64,000 nucleotides of DNA from Camelus ferus (taxonomy: Eukaryota). Below the pieces are notes generated by a model, which worked only from the letters and a program-made list of their open reading frames with translations, searched no databases and had not been told where the DNA came from. The position numbers and the translations under genes are program-made. This document shows positions 55,306 through 64,000 of this stretch, piece by piece (position 1 is the first letter of the stretch; the number at the start of each line of letters is the position of its first letter). The DNA lies in contig NC_045696.1 of the NCBI RefSeq assembly GCF_009834535.1, forward strand, positions 59,646,001 to 59,710,000, written 5' to 3'.

Positions 55306-56810
55306 GGTAGTAGTGATGATAAAAATGACAAATTAGCTATTAATAATAATGACACTAAAAGTAGTTTTAAAACTCTTCTCCCCCTTCAGAACTTTAACCA
55401 CTGTATAAAGAGCAAAATGTCAAATTCAGCACTTATAAAATTATTACTGCAACTAAAATTAATTCTACAGACACATCTATAGCACATCTATAAACTACAT
55501 TGATACTGAGAGTGAGTTGTGATGTGGGGGACTAGCTAATCAGAACAGCTGATGCCACCTCCCATTAATGTAACATCATGCAAAGGAAAATGCAATTTAA
55601 GATTATTGAGTCCCTTTTGCCCTGGGAAAAGTAAGCTCAGTGGTCACCAGCACTTTGCTCTAAGGTACTTCAGTGCATGCACACTGCTCCTGGCATTCTT
55701 CAGAATCTCATCTCCTTCCTGAATCCTTAGCATCCCCTCCCGTCCCCAAGGCTCAGGGTAACTGCCATTGGAGCTTGATGCTGAAATGTTCTCTCTCCCT
55801 TAATGAGCAGTTTTCGCCTGGCTAAAGTTCTTACTAACAGAGTTTCTTATTTCTATAAGGCAGCCTTTGGCACCATGAGCTGAACCACAGTCAAATGAGA
55901 GGTCATATTCTTTAATTCATCTTGAACGTTTCTCTTGGCTGAGAGCCATTGCTTTTTAAAATGTTTCGCTCTTCCAATAGCACTAGAAGTTGGTTCTCTT
56001 TGAGGGGCCATCATTCTTAAAGACACAGTGATTCCATTGCTTCTGATGGACCGGTAGAAATGGTGTCACCATACTGGAGTTGGGGTCTCTTCCACTCTCT
56101 CCCTCGCTCAGTCAGTAATCCATTCCCTCAGACTTGCAGCCTGCATGGACCACATGCCTTAGAAAAATTCCAAATTACCACTTGATGGACCCCAGAAACA
56201 CTTGAAATAGGAATTTTAAGTCAGTTACTACTAAAGAGCTGCTACATAAATGCAAAAATTTTTCTCAGTCTCTTTTCTCCAGTTGAATGACTTGTTGGTA
56301 AGGCAGAGGGACCCTAAAAGAGCTGAAGCAAGAAAACAAAACAAAACGAAAATGGTATGAAATTAACACTAATGATCACTGCCACGGGACCTCATATTTA
56401 ATGCATCTCTATTTATATTATTCCTGATTCTGCTCTTCCTTATCTGTCTGGAAGTTGGGAAGCCACAGCAGGAGTGCTCTACAGGGAACTAATGTGAGGA
56501 AAAGTGTATGGATTTGAGCTCTGACAGTTAACAAAAGTGGCCAGTCAGCGATCCTTATCTGGATCCTGGACCTAGTTGGCTTCTTCTGAGTCTTCAGACC
56601 AAGCAGTGTCCAACACACACTCTGCTTCCTCCATTTCCTCTAAAACAAACGACTGTGTATTTGCCAGGCTGCACTGTGCATTGGGTTGCTAGAAATACAC
56701 CAGGTTGCACTGATGGTTTAACTCTGTTTTCTATAAAGGGCTGCGGGATCTCATGGAAATTTTTGCAAAGTCATATGCAAATCACAGAGCCCCGGCCCTT
56801 TTCTTAACAG

Positions 56811-56873
56811 GATGGCAACCTTGCTCCTCGGTGGTACCTGGGACCTGGAGATCCTTTCTCCACTTACGTTTAG
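56811..56873 (+). CDS. KALRN: Kalirin-7 (Duo)-specific alternative terminal coding exon: DGNLAPRWYLGPGDPFSTYV*, class I PDZ-binding motif STYV
   Basis: Acceptor ccttttcttaacAG at 56809-56810 in phase 0 matches the 33098 donor. 20 codons then TAG. Matches the recalled Kal7 C-terminus DGNLVPRWHLGPGDPFSTYV at 18 of 20 residues. Confidence 0.96.
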   Translation, partial: DGNLAPRWYLGPGDPFSTYV

Positions 56874-57619
56874 CGCGCAGCCTGGGACTTGTCCCTGCAG
56901 CTCACCGGGTTAGCCGTGCCGCCGTTGGGACCTCCCACCTGGACTCCCATCACCCACCTTTCTTGAGACTGCTCTGGCAGGGCTGTTGTGGGGTGCAGCC
57001 TTTGCTCAGAGGGCAACATGTTCCAAGCAAAATCTGCCCACCTGGGCCATGGGCTCACCTCTCGGGGCTCCTTGCTTCTCTACTGGGTGCGATTTGGGGT
57101 TGCCAAGCTTCTCTCCAAAGTCTAAAGTGGTGGGACAGTAGGGACCTGTGAGAGGCCCCATGGCCTGATGCACTCCCCCAGCTCCCCAGTCTGAACCCCA
57201 GGTACCCCCACCCCAGGCCCTCGCTGCCTGAAAGGTCTGCCGTGGGACTGAGCAGGTTCATTGGAGGGATGTACCTGTCTCTAGAGTTTTTCTCTAGATT
57301 GAATGTTTCTATTGTCAGTGGTTCCAATCTGGAAAAAACTCACCCTTCTAATCTAGCCTGCCTCCCCCACATCATGAGAAAAAGGGAGGAGGAAGGAGGG
57401 ACAGTTTATGTTTATGATTTATGGAAGATTAGGGTTAACTCCAGTTGTTCCCAAATATTGGCAGGAACCACTTCTCCCAATGAATATTTTATCCACTTCT
57501 ACCTACCCAGATTTTGTCACGAGTTTCTAGCTCCTCCCTAAAATTATTCACTCCTGAGGTGTCTGGTTCAAAGATGACCCTCCCGGCCTTCATTTGCTTC
57601 CAGATTCTCCTGTTGGGGG

Positions 57620-57780
57620 GTGGGTGGGAAGTGGGAGAAGAAATAAATGAAACAAACTGGCCACATGTTGATAATTGCTGAGACTAGATGGTGGGGATGT
57701 GGGTGTTCGTTATACCTTTCTCTCCACTTTTATATATGTTTGCAATTTTTCATAATAAAAAGTTTTAAAAATTTTTTAAA
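57620..57780 (+). mobile_element. L1M 3' terminus in sense orientation inside the Kal7 3' UTR
   Basis: atgaaacaaactggccacatgttgataattgctga...ttatacctttctctccacttttatatatgtttgcaatttttcataataaaaagtttt. Confidence 0.8.
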
Positions 57781-58294
57781 AGTCATCCAGCTTCCAAAAC
57801 ACTCAAGAGAACCCAAAGCCCAACACAGAGCTTCATGGAAACCCCACACCAAGGCAAGAGGCAAAGATGATTCCATTACATATATATATAATATATATAT
57901 ACATATATATATTCATTTTCTAATTTTTTAAGGCCCACTGCTTTATTTTCAATAGACTATACCTTATTTCTAAGAGGTCCCAAAGTTGGGCTTACTTCCT
58001 CCAACTGGGTTAGTGGGGAGGGCTGGGGTAAAGGGTTCCTTAAAATCCTGAAAGTTTACACGTCCATGTAGCTCACAGTCTTACTGTGAGGGTGGGAGTT
58101 GTTCAGTGTTCTGAACTTTGCAGAGGAAATATGCTCTCAATTCAAAGTGTCATTCTCTGGAATTGCACCTGGCTCAGGAAAGGACTGTCTTTGTACTTGA
58201 ATTTAAATCCAGTGGAGAACCTTAACATGGGCATTTGCATGATGGAGAATTGCTGCTGTCTTTTTTCCATATGTCACTTTCTTGAATGTGTTCT

Positions 58295-58300
58295 AATAAA
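58295..58300 (+). terminator. Probable Kalirin-7 polyadenylation signal AATAAA
   Basis: Non-repeat context, U-rich and TGTA elements upstream, CA about 13 nt downstream, then GT/T-rich sequence (ggctgttg...tttctgttgagtg). Confidence 0.6.
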
Positions 58301-59014
58301 ATGATTCTAAAGCAGGCTGTTGATATACAGTGATTTATAAATACTTTCTGTTGAGTGCTGAGGCCCTTAATTTTCTACCAAGAATTCACCCCATCCCACT
58401 TTCTGGAAAGCTCTATCTGTTGGGGACAGATGCAGTGAGTGTGCGTCTGGCATGGTGGCGGCACCACTGCAATTGCAGTCACTGATCAACCACACTGATG
58501 TTGTCTTCTGGTTGCCTAGCGGCAGAATTTGTCTTCCAGAATGAAGATGGCTATATGAAGTAGATGAGTGTGGTGGGGAAGGTGGAGGGGGGCGGGCAGG
58601 AACAGGAGGGCAACTCCCTCCACCAGAGAAAGAGCAAGGCAGGAGACAAAAGCAGCCAAGAAGAGAGGTCAAGTTCTAACCCATTCTGTTCAGTGATAAG
58701 AGTCAGCACGTTCAAGTTATAATCAATTGTTAAATTTTATTTACAAAATCGCACCTTTGGATAGCAAGTTATAGCAAGTTACAAATCTCAAAATCTCATT
58801 AAGCAAACTGGAAGCCAATGGAGAAAATATGTATTTCCAAAGGTAGATATTTTAAGAAGCACTTTTTATTCCAATCTGTATCCCCCTTGTGTAAAGACTG
58901 ACTGGGGCACTCCCATGAGCTAGTAACAAACTTAGGCCAGTTCTTGGGGAGAGGAGGCTGTGTTAAAAAGCCTTACAAGGGGCAGGGAAGGCAGGACCAG
59001 ACCAGCAGGCTTCC

Positions 59015-59245
59015 ACATACTGAGCACCTTTCCCACACCAGATGCTAGGAAGGCACTTGATGGTGCACGTTATCTCCTCTAATCTTCACAGACATCCTGG
59101 GAGGCAGGCAGTACTGTCTTCATTTTTCAGATGCACAGGCTGACGCTGAGAGCAGTGGATAACTGGTACAAAGTCATAAAGCTAGAAAACAGCAGATCTG
59201 TGATTCAAATTCAGGTCTCTGATCCCCAGACCCATGCTTCTTCAA
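59015..59245 (-). mobile_element. MIR SINE
   Basis: tactgagcacct...aatcttcacagacatcctgggaggcagg...catttttcagatgcacaggctga. Confidence 0.75.
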
Positions 59246-60111
59246 ACCACAGAGCTGATGGCCCAGTGCCCAGCCTGGGCTCTCCCTTGTACCTTGCTAT
59301 GGTCTTCACGTTAATGAACTGTGCAACTTACGTGTGCCCTGGGGGCTGGTAGGGGCAGGCAGAGCCAGTGCCCTGCTCTTCCTGTGTGATTGGAGATCCC
59401 TTCCAGGGCAGGGCCTTCACAACTCACAGCCACGTCCCTGGGACTTAGTTGTGTAGAGCACAGGTTGATGAGGCTGAGGTCCCCATTTGGTTTTCACAGA
59501 GATGCTCACTCAGCAAATATTTGAGTGCCTACAGATGCTGGGCATCATGAACTAGGTGGGCAAATATAGACACAGGCCCTGTCCTCATAGAGTTTACCAG
59601 AAGAGGAGACAGGCATTAACCAAGTACCACTTGAATGGATGTATAATTACACCTAGAAGGGACCGTGGAAACCACTGAGATCCACAGATGAAACTGAGAC
59701 ACTGAAATGCTGAGAAGTTTGCTTAAGACTATATAGCAAGTTAGGGGCAGCATGAGAACCAGCACTCAGTAGATTTCTATTCTTAGACTACCTTCATCCC
59801 TGCTGTGTCTCACTCTCATCTGTTGCACACCCACAGACTGCCCCCTAAGCATAGCCAGCCATATGAACATATTGATCAGTCAGTACACTATCCCCTGCCT
59901 AGGAGAAACCAGAGAGCACACTTTGTAGTGATAATCAAGCAGGATAGTGAACCAAACCCCTGAGGGTGGCATTTGCCCAAGCCTTGTCTGCAGACTTATT
60001 TCAGAGCCCAGAGCAGGAACAGAGGCAAGGCTCCTGTGCTGTAATAAGGGTGCTTACAGGTGTTTCAGTGTTTTGGTCTGACCCAGTATTTTCTCATCTC
60101 TCGGGTTCAGC

Positions 60112-60420
60112 AGTCATTCATTCACTCATTTAATTCAACAAATATCTATTGAGTGCCTGCTAGGGACCATGCAGAGTTCTCAGAGCTGGGGATACAGCAG
60201 GGAACAAAACAGACTGCCCTCGTGGGGTGAACATCCCAGCTCGGGGAGACAGATGATACACAAAATAAATAAGTAAATAAGAGCATATTAGAAAGTGATA
60301 AATACTACGAAGAAAGGTAAATCAGGAAAGGGAGATAGGAGGTGCCTGGGGAGGGGAGGATGCAGTTTTAGGTACGGTGGTTGGGAGAAAGACCTCCCTG
60401 AGAAAATTATGTTCTCGGAC
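60112..60420 (-). mobile_element. L2 3' end
   Basis: tcattcattcactcatttaattcaacaaatatctattgagtgcctgc...gctggggatacagcagggaacaaaacagac. Confidence 0.8.
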
Positions 60421-60423
60421 ATC

Positions 60424-60428
<5 letters not shown>

Positions 60429-60464
<36 letters not shown>
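60429..60464. repeat. (AC)18 microsatellite
   Basis: Counted directly. Confidence 0.97.
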
Positions 60465-60466
<2 letters not shown>

Positions 60467-60604
60467 GTACGTACACACAACTGTGCCGTATGATTTGAAA
60501 AGTCCCATAAGCCTTCCCCTGCCTCCTTCAGAGAAATAAAGAATTTCTCAGTACCATGTCCCAGAGCCCAATTCCTAGCTTTCCCATTTTTCCCTTGAGC
60601 TAAA

Positions 60605-60770
60605 TCTGTGGTTCTCAAACTTGAGTATACATCAGAATCATCTGGAATGCTTGTTAAAACACAGATTGCTGGGCTCCACCCTCAGAGTTTGTGATAAAGT
60701 AGGTCTGGGGTAGATCCAAGAATTTTCAGGTGCTGCTGCTGGTCCAGGGACCTCACCTTGAGGCCACTAG
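60605..60770. mobile_element. MER5A-like element
   Basis: gtggttctcaaacttgagtatacatcagaatcatctggaatgcttgttaaaacacagattgctgggctccacc. Confidence 0.8.
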
Positions 60771-61833
60771 GTTATATATAACCCAGGTATTATAGCTGGA
60801 AGATCTCTGTTAAAATCCTGAGAAAGGATATATCTGTTCATTAGGATCCGTGGACATTATCAAAGTGGCTATCTTGGAAGAGCAGGATCCTTAAGAAGTG
60901 TGAGTTTTTTTTAAACTGGAATAAGTTTCAGAAGCCACAGCCCAAGACCCCTAGCATTGGGGAGTTAGGGCGAAGGAAAGATCCTAAAAAGCTGGTGACA
61001 GTATTTCATTGTTTGTCTATCAGTGCTTTGCATTTTCATAGCATTTAATACTGCTATAAGCCCTTGTACTCACTGCTGTCTTTGGCAGTTTAACCTGTTA
61101 GGTAGACAGTTACAGATGTCATTATTACATTTGTAGATTAAAGAAAACTAAGACACAAAGAGGTAAATGTCCTCCCTTGGGCACCAAGGAGGAGAACCCC
61201 AGTTCCCTTACTCCTAGTCCAGTGTTCTTTTCCCACTACCACTCTTCATAGCACGAGCTGTAGCTTCCCCCTGGGGCGTCTATCTGGGGCCATTCAAATC
61301 CAGGACACGTCATTGCTCTTTGCATTTTGCTCCGTTCAAAATCCCACTTGCTGTAAGTAGATTGTCCATATGGGTGATTAACTGTGACAAATACTAAGCT
61401 CTGCATGAGTTTCCTCTGCCATAAACACATATCTCTTCTTCTGCTACCAGGTATCGTACACAGAAAATGCTAACTCATTTTACTATTAGCCCACGCTAGA
61501 ACTAAGGATGAAAGCAGACCTGCTGGGGAAGAAGCACACATAATACTCCCGAAAGGCAAACAGAAATGGCATTTTGATGATGTGTACCTTTGCCTCCATT
61601 CCATTAGCAGAGATAATTGAAAGTTCCTGTATCATTAGAACACATAGCAAAATGAGAGAGATTTTGTTAAATCTGATGGCTGATGAATCACATTCTCAGA
61701 TACTTAAATATTACCAAAAAAAATGGGCATGAAAGGTAAAATCCTGTTTTCCAGTACTTGCCCATCTGTTGTTTTCTCCAGTCCTGCACCGATGCCTCGT
61801 AGTGAGAGAGTGAGGTCTCCCATTGAATCTCAC

Positions 61834-62697
61834 AAAATAGTTCATGCCCACTGCAATGCAGGATCGAGCTTATGAGAAAACAGGTTGGGTTGGAGGGGAT
61901 GGAATGACACGGAGCTGTTTCCCTTCAGCTTCCATTCATTTCTTGACCATCCAAGAGTCCATGGTTTTAGAAGTTTCTTTTCTAAAATTGCCCTCGAATA
62001 TCTCTCAACCCATTGATATTCTGACATCTTCCTCCCGTACAGCCATTGGGACCACTCATTTATTCCATAAGCACATATTCAGTACTTACTGTGTACCAGC
62101 CACTGTGAAAGCCACTGAGCAGGCTCTGAAAGTGAGTTAGAACTAATCCTGTCCTCAAAGAACATGGCATATATTAGAATCACTTTGTAAATTATATAGA
62201 ATAATCAACATTGAAGTATATTCTAGATGTAGATAAGCCCTTGTGAGCTTCTCCCCATTTTCATTCTCTGTACTCACTGTATGATCAAAGAAAGCCAATT
62301 TATGGGTTATTTTAGCTTCAACATAAAAGAGGCATCATTAGGAAAGAAAAGACACCTGGGGAGGAGAAGAGGGGTAAGGAAGAAGCTCTGAGGACACACT
62401 GAGATGGCATCAGCAGCCCTAAAGCATGGTAACAAGGGGGTGGTGTAGGGTCTAATATCTGCTGTAGATAGTCCACCTGTGGACCATGACAAATTAAATA
62501 TATAAGAATCATAAAACTTGGGTGATTAGAAATTCCATATTGATGAAAGATCCAGTGTGAATGTGTTTTTTCTGAGATTTCGACTCCAGTTGTGCTATAA
62601 AAGTGACTGTTCCTTAAGAAAAAAATAGTTCATGCCCACTGCAACGCAGGATTGAGTTTATGAGAAAATAGGTTGGGTTGGAGGGCATGGAGTGGCA
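61834..62697 (+). repeat. Dispersed 76-bp direct repeat pair (61834-61909 and 62622-62697)
   Basis: Ungapped manual alignment gives 69/76 identity at an offset of 788 nt. Confidence 0.92.
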
Positions 62698-64000
62698 GGC
62701 ACAGCATTCAGTTAGTTGGGTCAGTGTTAGAGAAACCATGAGAAGAAGAGAGACAGACCATAGTTCCACAGTGTGTGCAGGGGCGTGTGTGTCCACATGT
62801 GTGCACAAATACACATGCACGGGAAAGGTGTTGAAGCCCAGGAAAAAGGATTTTGTGTACCCTTTAGGTACATTCTAAATTCATAATCCAAAAAGGAAGA
62901 CAAGTTTAGAAAACCAAAAGTGCAGTCAGAAGACAAGGATAAGATTGCAGTTCTGGTGACCAAGTGGCTCATGGAACACCACTTACACGCCTTCCTCCGG
63001 TTTGTACTGGGTCACCTGATGGTACAGCAGCTCTCACACCCTCAGCTGCTTAAAGGAGCTGCTCAGGCTCTGACTCCACTCTGCTGCAGGCTGGGCTTGG
63101 TGAATAGTGGGATCCCAAAACGGGGGCTCAGAACAGATATGCAGCTGGATCTCAGATCTGTCCTATTTCGCCAGTCCTGCAAGCCTGTCCTGGCCTGGAG
63201 GGAGCCTTCACAGCATAGGTGCTGTATCCAGCCTTACCAGTGACCATCTAGGGTGCTAGTGGGGCGATAATAGAGCCAGGCCTGCTATGGATGGGCCTAT
63301 CATGGGTAGCAGTAGCCACAGGGCCAAACAGCAGTGATGGGGGGAGGGGGTCTCTATGCATCTGCCTTTGAGTTTCTGGGATGGTGGATTAAGGAGTGTT
63401 ATTCTATTTGTTAGGCTGTCCAGGGATTCTGTTGCCTGGCAACGGTGACCTTTTAGTGCGCCCTACACCCAGGCATACTGTGGAGTTTTTAGATTTGGCT
63501 GTGCTGAGTTCTGTAGGGTGGTTGCTATAGCACCAATCAGGGTAAGAGGATCCCAAAGTGAGAGTGGGGACTGGAGCAGAAGTGACATAGATTTCCCTAG
63601 TGTGGCCCTCTGACTCTGAGAGTGACCCACAAGTATGGCCCTCCAGCTGTTGCTCTGGTATCTCATAGATTCTTGAGGACTTGCATGGGCATCCTGGCCC
63701 TAAGAGGAGCAGGTGTTTAGATTGATTTACACAGTTAAGTTCCTCCAAGGCTGCTGGAAGTTAGCAATGGAAATACGAGGCTTTGTACTTCCAAGACTCT
63801 TCCTTCATTCTCATTTGGTGTTAAAGATATTGACATATTGCTCTATTTTCTTTTGGTATTTCTGGGACTAACCAACCAACAGACTTGTTGGAGAGCCATA
63901 GATATGGCCTCAAAACCAGGCCATCACAAATAATCTGAGGACTCTCTATCCACACTGCAAGGACACACAAGCAAGCTTGCAGATGGAATAGATCATTAAA

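Larger units (their letters stand above)
56874..58315 (+). other. KALRN: Kalirin-7 3' UTR (3' end approximate)
   Basis: Follows the stop codon. End inferred from AATAAA at 58295-58300. Confidence 0.65.

Noticed and set aside
56732..56782. TATAAAG and octamer ATGCAAAT suggesting an internal promoter
   Set aside because: The region is explained as the 3' splice site of a terminal exon. The octamer also occurs elsewhere in the window (e.g. 36628), consistent with chance.
56753..57151. 132-aa ORF over the Kal7 exon
   Set aside because: Different frame from the STYV-encoding exon; the remainder is 3' UTR.
58761..58781. ATAGCAAGTT x2, resembling part of the SpCas9 tracrRNA scaffold
   Set aside because: Only an 11-nt match in a simple tandem duplication. 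No repeat-spacer array or cas gene; the context is a mammalian intron.
60114..60130. TCAT/TCAC cluster as a NOVA site
   Set aside because: It is the ordinary antisense tail of an L2 element, far from any splice site.
58316..64000. Next Kal9/12 exon (SH3 domain)
   Set aside because: I found no SH3-like coding segment with splice sites in the rest of the window; it presumably lies further downstream.

Overview
Mammalian genomic DNA, probably camelid (a Vic-1-like tRNA-derived SINE at 23244-23377 and camelid-type L1 3' ends), lying inside KALRN (kalirin RhoGEF kinase) on the + strand. Nine GT-AG internal exons (213-33098) splice in frame into the C-terminal part of DH1, the PH1 domain and the following linker. 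A tenth exon (56811-56873), absent from the ORF track, is the Kalirin-7-specific terminal exon DGNLAPRWYLGPGDPFSTYV* with its PDZ-binding STYV motif, followed by a 3' UTR that probably ends near 58315. The ten exons total 1077 nt (358 codons plus stop). The rest is intron with ordinary L1, L2, MIR, CR1/L3, MER and microsatellite content, and nearly all listed ORFs are spurious. I see no convincing new biological system. The best leads are regulatory features around the Kalirin-7 exon and UTR (RBFOX and NOVA motifs, two G-quadruplex motifs, an L1-donated poly(A) signal), a probable L1 3' transduction in a nested L1 stack, a 76-bp duplication bracketing an apparent polyadenylated insert, and a long intronic (TAG)n array. 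Repeat family names and reference protein comparisons come from memory, not database searches; most repeat boundaries are approximate.
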